Origin: Auanema rhodensis
Taxonomy: Eukaryota; Animalia; Nematoda
Assembly (NCBI GenBank): GCA_964057225.1
Contig: OZ059898.1
Span: 9,052,001 to 9,116,000, forward strand
Reading direction: 5' to 3'
Length of the DNA stretch: 64,000 bases
Shown here: positions 1 through 13,996 of the stretch, piece by piece
Position numbering within the stretch: the stretch's first letter is position 1
Layout: each line of letters opens with the position of its first letter
Translations under genes and position numbers: made by a program
Notes under the pieces: generated by a model
Told to the model about the DNA's origin: nothing
What the model saw: only the letters and a program-made list of their open reading frames with translations
Database searches by the model: none

Positions 1-3000
1 CACTAATGGAGCGGTTGTATGTTATACCTTTTGCCTATTCTCTTCATCTCTCTTTCGATCGTTTCTCTAATCATCCTCCTGATATAGAACACGTTGGTTC
101 AAGAACCACTTTCTATAAACGGCAAATATATAACAGAATGGATTTTTTGTTTCTCCAGCTGCCGATAGATGAAGAAAAGGGGTGGTAAGCCATGCTTTGC
201 ATAGGCTATAGGACAAAGTCTTTTAGGAAACCAGAACTTTCCTCTTTCTCTCTATTCGCCTATTTTTCTACTTTCTTACCTCTTTCTCTCGTTATTCATT
301 CTTTTCTTCTTCTTCTTTCGCTTTGTCTGTATCTCAATCACTACAACACAAGCCTGTATCCTACAATCCTCCCGCATGTCATCTCCACCCTATCCCGTCA
401 TCACCATTTCCTACACACAGCGCCCACTAGTTGTTGTTCGGCTGTCCAATATTGTGCTGTTCACGTGAAGGCGGCGTGTAGAACAACGAGGGCAGGGAAT
501 GGGTGCGACGAGATGAAGAACAAGACTGAGGGAAAGAGAGAAAATGAGAATACAAGAGAACGAATTGCTGATGTTAGTACCGATTCATCTGTTTAAAGGA
601 GATAGTTGAATGTTAAGAATGAGACAGTCTGAATGCTTGAAATGCATACTAAACTCATACAACGTGAACTCAAAATTAGATACTTTATGATAAAGGTATT
701 GTTCTATACAAATACTATTCATACAAATGTCTAGCTATAAATCTATATTTATACTTCAATACACAGATGTATTTATATTTTTGTATTTCATACTCAAATG
801 ACCTATGAAAGCTTGAAGTCAAGATTGCTTTTTGTAGCCCTCAGGGCAATTCTATAGATGAGACTTTTCAATTTGAAAGCAGCAACAGCAGCAATAGAAA
901 GTACAGGAACCGAATAACATCCTTCTGGCACGTTGACTAATAAGGCTGGTGGAAAAGTACAACAGGCTGTATGCATGTAAAGAGGGAAAAAGAGTGGGAG
1001 AGAATATTTGTGTATAACAGACTCCCTCTCTATCCTCCCCGAGCTTTCTCGTAAAGTGCAAAATGGTACTTTAAGGGATCATCAGTTTTTCTCTGGAATA
1101 TTTCAATTAACAGCTTTTCTACATGAAACATTTGGAAGTTATATGTGTGACATGTCACATATAAAAAAATTCTTCGCAACCAAGCGACACGTTGTTTCCC
1201 AAGAAATGAAAACATGCACTCACGTGGTTTTTCAAGTCGCTCTCATCGATCACATGTTATAGCTCAGATTTGAGTTAAGAACATCAGATACATTGGATAT
1301 TCTGGTTATGATGTGATGAAAGAAGCCAAATTGCAATATGTATGTAGGGCTGTTTGCCTGAAGCATTCACTTCATCATTGTATGCCTTGATTTCTCCTCT
1401 CGCTTTTCTATGTTGCCTTAAGAATACTATCATTTGTTTAGAATCAATTGTATTTCTCAATTTATTCTACACTGTGTTCTGACTCTTCTCACTGCCTTAT
1501 AAGTTTTTTAGGGATCAGATATAGAAAAACAAGATTCAAGTAGAATAGTAAGACACTTGAGAGGAAGTAGACGTTGTTAGTGGAAATATGACAGAAGAAA
1601 GAGAAAATGATTATAGTTTGAACTTTCTTATATCATGGCAATAAGCATAAAAATGTTAAAAAAGCTGGAAATGAAAAGAACAGAAATGTTAAATTGAACG
1701 GGAGCTCAGCAGCAGCAGCAGGCATTCGGAAGAAGCCGGGAGTGGGAATAAGAGCGAGAGATATAGAGAAATGAAGGAAACAAGTAAGATGGAAAGAAAT
1801 GGAAGATGGGGCAATCCCCGCAATGATCGTTCTTTGACTGCACCTCGTTGTGTTTAGGAAGGAAGCAGCAAAAGTAAAAAGATGATGAAATAAGAAAATT
1901 AAAGAAAAAAGGGATGATAATGAACAAATTTAGAAGTAAGACATGAACTAATATCCTTTTATAAAGAATACAAGCTTGAATTGTTTGAAACAAAAACTTA
2001 ATCAATAATATTTCTGTTAACTATTCATTTAAAAAAATTATATAGTCAATGTACTTAACTAGGAATATTCAATATAAAAATCTTTTTATATAAATATTAT
2101 TTGAATTTTAACAGATATTGAGATTAGTGAGCCACGAGGAAACAAAAAATAGAAAAATAATGGTGAACTAATCGAGAAATAGATGAAAAGAAACACAATT
2201 TGTTACAGAGCATATTCTAGCCGAATGACATGAACAGAGGACAAAGTCTACTGCTAGACAAGAACAGTGAGAAACAAAGAAAAGTTCAAGCGAAAGAAGT
2301 CGACGAAGAAGAAAAAAGAGAGAAGATGATGAAACTGAAGGAGATGTAGTACAAGATGCAGACGCCGGATGATGTCGAAGACGACGAAGAAGCATGGATT
2401 CAACATTCAGCTATTCTGAATCGATGTTCAAATGTACTTTTTGTACTTTGTTTTATTCGAATACTCGTGCTTTCGATGTCTGTATTGTGGGGATATCTAA
2501 GCTTTGAGCTATAAACAGATAAAATAAATCTTTTTCTTCTTCTGTTTGAGAAAAAGTCACAACAAGAATTATAAAAAGAAAAAAAATCGGATTCTTATAA
2601 TGAATGCCTTGAAAAGAAATATAATTTCTATGAAGTTTGATCAAAATCATATGGCTGTTTATGAATTATAAAATGATACTTTGATCAGGTAACATGTGAA
2701 TGTATTACGATGACGACGAATTCGATAAGAAAAAGGCCTACTTGACTGAAATGGACTCAATTACATCATGATGTGGCTCAACATATCAAAACGACATTTG
2801 AATCATTTAATGATAAATGAGCCATTTCAATCATTCTAATATAATATATAATTACTAATTTGAATTTAAAATTTTTTTGATCAGACATATACAATTAAAA
2901 TACAAACATAAATGTTTAAGAATAGTATATAGGATGAATAACTGCAGTATCTTGTTTGGTGAATGCTTACAGCAGGAGAACTGATGAACGAACGAACAAT

Positions 3001-4138
3001 TTTCAGATTATCGAAAGGTCTCAAAGATATTATTCTAAATATCAGCAAATCAATCAATCAAAAACATTGAAAATCATCTGATTCAACTCATTATTCACCC
3101 TAATTTCAATTTTTCGTGTTCAAAGTCCTGACCGCTGTTGGAGCTTTCAGTGAACAACGATCAGTGGTTAAAGTAGTCGGAAGCGTTAGTTTTGAGAGAG
3201 TGGGAGAAGAGTAGAGACGAGAAAGAAATGTGGTTGTGGTGACTTGCCTAATGCTGATGCAAGTGGTGGTGCTGGGGTGTGGGGAGGACCCCATAGAGTC
3301 TACGGGTGAATAGCCTAGCGGCGGGTCTGTGCAAGCTGCAAACAATCACGCGTGGTCAAAGCTGATTTTGCCTTGAGGCATGTGGCAGAAAGGATGAAGT
3401 AGTGTAAGTGATATAGAGAAAAATGCAGCTCTTTGTGCCCCCAGTTCCCCATTCAAAAAATATTACTAAGGCTGCATGGCAAATTGTTTTACAAGAAAAA
3501 GCATTATTCGAGTTAGGATAGGATGTTTTGGTTATTTATTAGATTATTGCATGATAAATGCAGAATATGGTAGTGAAGATCCAAAATGTGTTTTTTCCTT
3601 TTTTTTATTGATAGATGTGATAAGCATTGAAAAGCATTCAGGTATAGGTGGGCGTTTGAGAAACAATTGTATTTTTGAATTTACTGAGCGCTGCAATATT
3701 TGAAAAATGAAACTAATGCTTAAACGTATGAGAATGTCATGATGTCCTAGAGACAACAACTAAGGGAGAATCATGTACGGAAGAATCGAGTCGAAAAGTA
3801 GAATGGGAAAGACTCAGATGACGCATGTATCTCCTTTTGTAATACACAGCAGTTTATGACATCATTCTTCTATATGGCTGCTTGATTGTACTGCTGCTGA
3901 TCGTTGGGGTCCTATGTCGACCACGTGATCGGCGAAAAACACTGTACACAAGCAATGTGCGAATAACGTTGAAGTGAGATGCAGAGGGAGGAATTGATAT
4001 GTACGAAAGGGAGAGGAAAAAAGAGAAACAGATGCAGATAGACCTATTATAGATAGATGGGGAGAAGAGAGAAAACCAAAAAAGACTTTGCCCCATATAA
4101 CGAAAACCAGAAATTTGTTCGTTTCTAGCAAGTACCCC

Positions 4139-4191
4139 GTCATCATCATCATCATCATCAACGTAGTCGTTGTCGTCGTCGTCGTCGTCGT
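4139..4191. repeat. Compound (ATC)n/(GTC)n trinucleotide repeat
   Basis: gtcatcatcatc... followed by gtcgtcgtcgtc... Confidence 0.85.
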
Positions 4192-5857
4192 TGTAGCCTT
4201 CTTCTTCTACATCTACTTCTTCTACACAACTGAATACCAGCTGCTGCTGCATACTAACATCAACAATAGCAGTAGCTGCGGGCATCAGCAGCTATGGCGT
4301 AGAGAAAACGTCATCACGATGTAGAGTGGTAGAAGCCCATACATTCAGTATAGTAGTATAGCCAGAAATGAAAGACAATTGATCATGAAACATGGAATAT
4401 AAGTTGGATAAGGAGGGAAAAACGAAAAGAAACGTTCATTGATATTCTATGTATTCAGCAATTAAGGAGTTAAAACACCTGATCAACTATAATCAGCTAT
4501 TCTCTTTGTCTCATGTCGTGGTTCAAAGTACGTTAGATGTAAGATATAAATTTAAAAGGAATAAAGTCAAACTATTTCTGAATCATATTGATGAAAATAT
4601 AATTTTTCATGTTGTTTTTATTTATTTCAATAAATAAACAAACTTTGATCAATAAGGCGAATAGAATTAGTACTCGAATTGTACCCTTATTACTAAAATA
4701 AAATATTCTTTAATTAATTGAAGAAAAGGTTAAAATAATGCCAAAATGATATGTATATTGTCCAGTATCATTGTTATTTTTATGATTTTTCAACGTCATC
4801 ATTTCAGTCGGTGTGTATAGTCCTCCAGTAAGGAGGGGGGGGGATGTGTTTCCAATACCACCATCATTGGGGGTGTTCGTTCTCGTTTCATTCTCTTTAG
4901 CAGCCGTATACATAGCATTTTGTCTTGTTGTCTTCTGCTCTTCTCATTTTTGGTTCTTAGTCGTTTTCCTTTTTCCTATTCTCGTTGTCGTATCCGGAAA
5001 AAAAGAGGACTGGATTGCCTGCTGATCCAGAAAAAATTGAGAGAGATAGTGAGAACGATGTAGAGAGAAGGAAAGGATGGGAAGAGTGAAGCTTGAATAA
5101 ACAAACGTGGAGGTTCTTGCACACCAAGGCACAGCCTGGATGAGAAGGGTCCGAACTCTTCATACAACATTGAAGTAACATGCGCCTGCAACCTATCAAC
5201 AGAAGGTGGGCTGATGAAATTTAGCGAGTGACCTATGATCGGTCCGAAAACTTTGAATCAAAATTTTTGGTGTAGAGATAAGGCTACATCAAATGAACAT
5301 TAGCCCACGTGTCTTCCAATGACATGAGCTTCCCCCTTTGACTCAGCCTTGGTTTCATATCTCATAAAGGAAATCAATGTGTTTCTGCCGCTTATTTTAT
5401 CTCTAAGTGGTCATCGCACTCAATATCAATGATGTTTAGGAAGTATCACCTCAAATCAAACGGTTATCAAGCATTTATTTATAAATATCGATATATATTG
5501 TAAATAATATTGTTGATAACTAACGTCTAGAATGCTAAATCATCGTTTAAAACGGTGATAATCAAGATGATTTCTATGTAATCTCCTCTACTCTAAACGT
5601 CTATATTCAGAGATCACGCAAATGAATTAAGAGACGTACACATACACACTCAGACAACGAACTTCAAACTTAAATATGTATGCTTCAACTTGATCATTAC
5701 AAATGAATTGTCGTTAAATGAATAACATACGCATTTTTAATCATTTCTACTCAATAGTATCTTTTATTTAATTTATTGAAATAAAAAAATTACTCCAGGT
5801 CACCTTCGTATAACTTGCATCATATGTTGTGATGTAGTAATGATTATGTTCGCTTAC

Positions 5858-5914
5858 CCAGAAGTCTACGAAGCCTCTGGCACGAACCGGTACGGCTTTC
5901 TCAGTTTTCTTCAT
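5858..5914 (-). CDS. Candidate first coding exon (MKKTEKAVPVRARGFVDFW) of a gene continuing left of the window
   Basis: The ATG at 5914 runs to a strong TGG|GTAAGC donor, exactly 19 codons. A GTCAG acceptor lies about 20 nt upstream. No downstream exon was identified. Confidence 0.35.
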
Positions 5915-6277
5915 AATTTCTCAATCAAATCCAAACTGACTATTGTATGTTTACTCGAATTTACTATTCAATAATCATTCAAATTCATTTTTTTCAGTGT
6001 TCATCTTTAAGAATTCCTCGTGTTTCATGTTGAATGCAATTCATTCTTTCATTCCCATAATCTTTAATCAGTTTTTTTCAAATTCTTATTAAATATCCTA
6101 AAAACGGAGAGTACTCATTAGTGGATAAGCAAAAAATATGTGTAAGAGCAACTATATAAATTTATATACATATATATATCGTGAGTACTGGACAAAATAG
6201 AAAAATGATACGTGTTCAGAAGAGACAAAAACTAAAAATAGCTGAGAATGTCTGACAGACTGGGAGAGAATATGAGA

Positions 6278-6282
<5 letters not shown>

Positions 6283-6350
<68 letters not shown>
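6283..6350. repeat. (AG)n microsatellite
   Basis: About 34 AG units with one interruption. Confidence 0.95.
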
Positions 6351-6351
<1 letters not shown>

Positions 6352-9300
6352 AGGAGAGACAAGTAGAGGGTGGAAGGGGGGGGAGAAGACGCCAATTGAT
6401 TACTGAGATCATTTTGATGCAAAATGCAAAACTTTTTTTCTTGTTTTTTCGGTCAAAAATATGTTTATTTCAAAATGCTAAGTTAAAAATAAACATTTTG
6501 TCCCATTGTAAACGAAGGGCATTTGAGCATTGAATCAAAGCATATATCAAGCATACGGGTATGTGTGTATGGATTAGTGTGTGAGGTGAAAAGCATGAAG
6601 TTGTGATTGTAATAGATGAGAGAGCATAAGTTGTATAAAAGAAAGACAGAAAATGGGAGAATAAAAGATAAAAGGACGACGATAAGCTTGCAATTGATGT
6701 TTGCAATAGACCCCTAATCAGACCATATTCACGTGTATCCCATGTGGTGTACCATGAACCATCAACATCAGGAGAGAAGATAGAAATCAACAGGGAAGAG
6801 GGAATATGTTAGAGAACAAGAAATGGAGAACCTCTGAGAGATAGGGAATGAGGACAAGGAAAAGAATTTGAGGGAGACCCAAACGTTGATAGAATAGTTA
6901 AACAACAACTAAGATATAAAGATGAAGATGAAGCGAAAAGAAAAGAGAGGTTTGGACTGAACCTGAACTATATCTATCTGTAATCTTTTATCTGTTCACT
7001 TTTACTTTAAACGTTGATTCATCACAATATGACATTATAATGTTTCAGAGAACATGAGTTTCTATTCAGGAAATGGTAGCATTGATGAAAACGATGTTTG
7101 ATTCAGCATGTCGTTAATTTAAGCAACTGCAACCTTTCGGTTTGATGGTCGATTGGTCAAGAGAAGCACGACCACGAACAACCTATTCTGGTTCCAACAC
7201 TACCATGCCTTTAAAGATGTAAGCGCATGCTTTCGGAAAACATTACAGGTTTTTTGCTGACATAAGTAACGAATAAACTTAAACTTCCGAAAAAAAACTA
7301 AAAACTTAACATTCAAACTGGAGCATAAAGGAAAAATTAATTGAATGAAAGCAAAAGGCGATGTGAAATGGAGTTTAGAAGCATTTCAAATAGCAATCAT
7401 AGATGTAACATGGCATGTCATTTGAATTCAAATAATCATATGAAATGAAAGAAAAAATGTTCAATCATCTTCATCTGATATTCCAAGCCCCTTTTTCAAA
7501 CAAAAATTGAAGGGGAAGTGATGAAATAGCAGAAGAAGTAAAGTTAGGAAGATGTAAGATATATCTGTTGAAGTATAAGGAGAAGAGGAAAGAATTTGAT
7601 TGTTGGTTCGTTGCAAAAGGAGCAGGATGAATAACTTATAACTAGTGAGCTAGAATTGAAGAAAGAAGACGACGAAAGAGTGTGGGTGAGAAAGAACTGA
7701 GTATAGAGCTAATATCTATTCTTTGAATATTTCCACTAAACATAGCAAAGGCGAATAATGAGAAAAAAAATCAAATATAGAACAAGACATGCATCATGTT
7801 CTAACATTTGCAAAAAAAAAAGGCGATGAACAATTAATAAGAAGCTGAATAATTTTAATTTTAAATTATTTTTTGTTCTTGAAATGCTGTGAGAGACCAC
7901 TATAAGATTTGAACTGCTGAACGATTGAGATAAAACAGATTATTCATTTAGGAAACAAAAGCATTTCGGACATTATCGAAGAAAAAAATCTTTGTTTTTT
8001 ATTGGTTATTGAAGTCGGAAAAACTAGAACAGACAAAATGGAGAAGATGATCATCACAGTAAAAGATAACATTTATATGCCTGAGGCTATCAATAAATTA
8101 ATAATCTAATAGTATTTGATCTAAATTAAATAAAAAATTAATTTTCTATATGGTATTATTTTCTTTTTTTGAACTTTTAAAGTGTATCAATATTTTTATT
8201 TCTACAAAAAGTTTAAATTATCTTTTGTTCTGATGCAATTATTTCAATTTCCTTCTAATCGTTGAATCTTCAACAAACTTTTAAGATCAAGTTAAAGCTC
8301 ATGACTTGGTAAGAACGTAATGATAATGATGCCGTTCGTTGTCGGTCACAACCTCAGGCAATTCTTCTTTCACAGCCAATTAGTGGCGTAAAAGTCAGTT
8401 GCTATTCGTATCACTACTAATAAATCTCTTCAATCAGCTTAGATTTCCGCACGAAAAAATATAATTTCTCATGTCATTCAAATGTAGAAGTTAAGAAATA
8501 TTAGAATCAAATAGCTTTTCACCCATATTTACATATAATTTTTCTTTAATTAACTTTTGATTGTTTCATTTTATTTTTATTATCTAGAGTTCAAATTTGA
8601 AATTATTTCCTTATTTCTCATGAATGAAATAAAAAAAATTGACATATCTTTGTCATGCCGCTGTATTTCATTTCTTATGAAGAAGAAAGATGAGCGACGA
8701 GCATGGACAAGCCCTCCGTAGGAATAGCACGAGATTCTATTAGCCGTACGTCGACCAAAACAAGAATTCTTAACATTCACAAGATGCTCAGACAAAGCAA
8801 TTGCAGATGAAAAGGAATAGCTTTTTTCATTTTACCTATATTTGAGAACAAATGAAAAATTCTTATTTTGAAAGTGATTAGTTATACATGAAAGTACGAA
8901 GAAAGGTAAAATCATAAACATCGGCTTAGAAGTACATGAATGTTCTTAAAATCATCGTAAATTCGTATAGCCAAATTCAAATTAGAAAGTTTGGTCTTGG
9001 AAACCTTTGAAAATCAAATTGATTGTAATTGGTAAGGCCGGACATACACAGTCTGCAAAAGGAAGACCAACAACAGCGTTGCCAACCAACAGTCCTCTGT
9101 ATCTCTGATCTATCGCATCTCTATTACTTTTGGTCAGTTTCTCTTGCAAATTTTCTCTCTCTTTCTCTCAATCTTCTATTATCTTCCCTTCTTCTATCTT
9201 TCCACATACATTTCGTTGTGTTCTCTTGCTCCCTGTTGGTAGTAGTTCATTAATAGTCATCACACAGAAGAATAGAGGGAGGGGAGAAGGGAAAGGGAAG

Positions 9301-10454
9301 TGTAAAAGCTATCTTAGGATTTTAAAAGAATTTTTACTTAGTCATGTTATTAAATTAAATAAACCGAAATGTTCATTCAATGTGGATAGTCGCAGCTGCC
9401 GAGAAATTTCGACTCTATTCTTTCGGCTATTACTTAGTGTCTTCGTAGTCAGTCGTTCTCCGATGATTAACAATCTTGTCTATTGTTCAGACTTTTGATT
9501 AAAACGATTTAGTCGCATGAAATATGGACAAAAAATGTGTGGCGAAAGCTTGAATGATGATAGCTGACGACCAATAACGAGGAGGGCGACGAATACTAGA
9601 ATAATGCAAAACGAGAGTTGTTCTCTGATGGAACCGATCAGACATCATATGGCCAGAAAACGAAGAAATAGAAATGAAGAAATTGTTCCGGGTCACGACT
9701 TGAACAAAATCTGGCAGAGTCTTCAGCGAATCACGTAGTCATTCCTCATGTCCGTGCCTCGAGGCATGAACGCGTTTCACGAATCAGAAATAGAAATGAC
9801 AGGAGAAGAGGGAGGTTTAGAAAGTTAGGTTTCGAAAGAAATATAATGGAAGAGAATTATGGATATCAACACCTTTCTCTCTAAGCTGCCCATTGAATAA
9901 AGTATTAAGTCAAAGCATAGTGTTATTAGCAATGAATGGAAATAATAAGATAATGAACAAAGAAATAATTATGAATCATAGCATGATCTGAAAGTATATC
10001 AGCTTGTTTTAATCTTTTCTTGATCTGACTCTTTCTTCAATCTTGCCGCTGATTCCAGGAATTATGACGAACCAAACGCCAATGATTTCAGGTTGATGGC
10101 AGCAGAGACCACCACGATCACGTCACCAACAATATAATCGGAGTTAGCCAGTAGATCGCACTACTTACATCAAATTTAATGAATGGTGTTAATGCTGCTA
10201 TAAGTTGGAAGTAGTAGTAGTAGTAGTAGCCTTGGCCAATACTCTGTGCACCGTCAGAGTTAAATTGATGTTTGAACAGAACGGATATTTATAACATTAT
10301 AAATCATCCATGCATTATAAAATTTCTTTGATCATTTGTCTCAAATATCATTTTTCTATATCAAATAGTCTACCATCACACGACACGTGGCACCTTATTA
10401 TATGTGACGTCATTCAAGGTACTATGTTTTCTTTGAATTTACATATGTATATCA

Positions 10455-10455
<1 letters not shown>

Positions 10456-10488
<33 letters not shown>
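10456..10488. repeat. (AT)n microsatellite
   Basis: Uninterrupted TA run. Confidence 0.95.
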
Positions 10489-10491
<3 letters not shown>

Positions 10492-13400
10492 CAAGAAATG
10501 ATGAAAATTTAATGAAGAATGTGTTTCCTCGAAGCAAGATTCAATATACTCAGAGTCCACTAAGGAATATGCGACACCGGAAATAGTTTGAACAGCCTGC
10601 CATTGAGCACAAACTTCAAACACCAAGGAAACAAAAATTGACGTGCTTCATCTGATTCCTATGATTACATCTACCCACATTATACTCTTCCTCTTGAGGG
10701 AATTGTTTTCCTGGTTTTAATGAATTCAAAATTTTCTGGTCAATGTAAAGTCAATGAAGTGAGAAAGCATGAGAAAACGACAGGTACAAATACGTGAATT
10801 ATTTGATAAAAATCATTTTGAACATATGATTCATCGATACGGTTGCTTTCTTCTTTTAACACTTCCCTCTTCATTTTATCGTTTTTTCCATTTGTCATCT
10901 TTTTTTTACATTTCGTTCCCTTTTTACAGATAATTGATACATATAGATTCAAACGAATTATTTTTAAAAACATATGAAATAGCATGTGGGTAAATTGTTT
11001 CAAACATATACTTTTAACTTTGAAGATATTTTAAAATCTATATTAATGAAGCATGAAGAAAAGTGGAGGATATATGTTAAAAATAAATTGCATTCTGTTC
11101 TTCTTAATGTTATTATCGGAAAACCAAATTGATGCTTTGTCACGTACGTGATGAGAAACATGCTGTATTTCAACGATTCATCGAAGTAGAAATAAGAATC
11201 CATACTTGAAAATTGACTACTGAGAACAACCCACGTGACATCTATGAAGTAACTACTGAATGTCAATTATTGATCTTTGAGCTTCTGAATCTCAAATTTT
11301 CGCCTTCGGGTAGATGCCTCGGTAGGGGCGCGAGATACAAGCGTGTTTTAAATTCCTTTCACTTGTTATTTTCCTTATCAGAATTTCATTTTTATTTTGT
11401 ATTTTTGCAAAGCGAGTTGGGAATTACAGTAGTTCTTAGGGTTATATATTTAGTTGAACACAATTCAGTCAAACTCATAAGAAAGGGCATTCTCCAAATT
11501 AAGCCATGAGGGTTTCATGAGCAGAAAATCACATGTTTCTTCTGAATGTGTATGTAAGTTCATTCATTTCCTCTATGAGCAAACAACAGCATACTAAGTG
11601 ATGAATTACTATGTTTTTCCTCATTCTTCAAATTCTTTTTCTGATTATCAGGTTAAGTTATTAAGCTGAAACTAAAAGCATATTTCTGTATGTACTTGTT
11701 GTGATATAGAATAGCATCTTCTAAAACTGCTCATCATTGCAAGCTTTCATGTATCAATAATTTGACCATATGTAATATTAAAATATAAAGATATGTATAT
11801 GAAATATTTTTTATTTCACAAAGTATTATCTTTACAACTGAAGATTAACCACAGAGCTTGAAAATAGCAAAATGTGCTTTGAAACACCAAGATGCCAAAA
11901 GACCAAAAAGTACGGGCGTGGGGGTGGTTAAGCACACGGCAGACAGCAGATAGAGGGAATTTCTAGGACGAAAAAAAGAAGAAAACGGAAATAATATACA
12001 AATTAAAGAGAAAGGGATAGAGAAAGGAGCAAATGGAAAAATAGGCGAGCAGAAAGACACCAGAAAGGGAAAGTTTGCTGCCTGCTCACTCGACAAGTCG
12101 TTTTCATGGGTAGGATTAGAGTCAGCTACAACGTGTACACAACATAGCAGCTAGAGAGAATAGAGATCATTGGTCAGCATGAGTACTTGCATTTGGCGGA
12201 AACAAATGCAAATGCTTGAGGAAATGACAAAAACTATGTGAGGTTGACGTGTTGCTAACATTTCCAACTTAGTTCCAGTCCATAAAACTTTGTTTTAAAT
12301 TGCATAAGATACCATATATAAATATAAATATATATTTATAATATATAATGTATATATTATTTTACTTTATAAAACATAAATTAAAAATTAAAATAAGAAA
12401 AGTTAAAAAGATGTTTAATCATCAACACATGGCTTCTTTTATACATTTTAATAGTTTTATTGTTCTACGATTTTTAAATCATATCACGGAAGTAAAAGGA
12501 AGTAAAATTCAATTTTTCATTAATAATTTAGTTTATATGAATATATTTTGAGATTAAAAGACAACGATGATCACTCTTTTGTAGTATATTACTAACTATA
12601 AGATATAAAACTTTATATTTACTATATGAATTATGATTGTGAAGAAAATGATTAAGAAATACAAATAATCTTTTTTTTTTTAATTATTATAGACAATGGG
12701 GGAATTCTTACAAATATCTAGGTCACCGCATGAGGATCATGGACAATACTGATAACGATAACAAAAAAGTTTTTCGAGTACCAGAGATCATCGCGTTAAC
12801 ATTTTAGCGAATAGAGAGGATCAGTCTGATAACAGTTACTATTGTATTACGTGAGATATATAATTCTTATTATAATATCTTATAAAATTTATAAATAAAA
12901 ATGATGGGAGAAAAGAGGGATGTGGAGAACAGGAAGAAGAAGATGGCTTTGGACTTTCACCCGTTAAGATCGTTTGTCAACGTTTTCTTATCATTTTTCT
13001 TATCTAACAGTCGTCCACGTGGTGTTACAATCACATCTCGTGGTAGTTAGGTTGATTGGAAAGAAGAGAGGGACTTTCCGATCTTTTTTTCTTTCTTTTT
13101 TGATTCAGAATTGTCAGTTACCAATAACCTCTTACGATCATATACTCTCTCACCTTTGTTTCTTTGTTATAGTGAATGATAGAAAGTCACTTCCAGCCGT
13201 CTTCATGAAAATATTGCGATTAGATAAAAGCGATAGGTGATATGATTTTCACGTGTAAAACTGATAGAATTTGATCGTTCTTTGAAAATGTAAATACTTT
13301 TCATTAGACTTATTTCCAGTTTACTGCAAATATCTAAATAAGTTTACCGAATATCGTATATAGAATACACTTGAAAAGTATTTTTTAATATTTTTTAATT

Positions 13401-13944
13401 AAATTTTGTGTTATATTATAGTTTAAATGAGATAAATAACTATAATAAACGTTTTCAAACTATATATATATATAATCTATAAATGTATATTAATGATCTT
13501 ATATATATATATATATATATATACATAGATACATATTGTATTTATATAGAATTTTCTCCAAAGAATTTGATTTCTATCTAGTTCTGTTTAGCTTTAACAG
13601 TCAATGATCGCTTGGTGAGTTGAATACAACATACACACATAGAACAATCAAAAAACTAGCGATCTGCAGTTTGATAGGAAAAGAAATAATGTGAAGCCAT
13701 GAGAGGGATTCTTTCAAGAGCAAATTCATTTTTGATTTCTAATGTCAAATATTTTTCTCTGAATGACAGTATGGGGGACTCTTGAATCAAATCACACATA
13801 ATAAGAGAAACTTACTAATATTCTTTAGATATTTATTATATTAATATGGATTATATATTAAAATATAATATTTATAACATGTTATTTTTAATTTAATAAG
13901 TACAAGCCAATTGAAAAATTGTTTATTCATTCAAAATATATAGT

Positions 13945-13975
<31 letters not shown>

Positions 13976-13996
13976 ATCAATCTATCTATCTATCTA
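13945..13996. repeat. Compound (CTTT)n/(CTAT)n microsatellite
   Basis: ttctttctttct... followed by ctatctatctat. Confidence 0.9.

Noticed and set aside
3106-3345. Ser/Thr/Pro-rich minus-strand ORF
   Set aside because: Its composition follows a pyrimidine-rich promoter-like tract. No convincing splice sites or homology.
3854-4285. 143-aa acidic ORF (EEEGYNDDDD...)
   Set aside because: The acidic run comes from ATC/GTC microsatellites that keep several frames open. There is no family motif or downstream exon, although a weak GT follows the Asp run.
6403-6425. TGAGATCATTTTGA, matching the 5' part of bantam/mir-80 family miRNAs
   Set aside because: The 3' part diverges and there is no complementary precursor arm.
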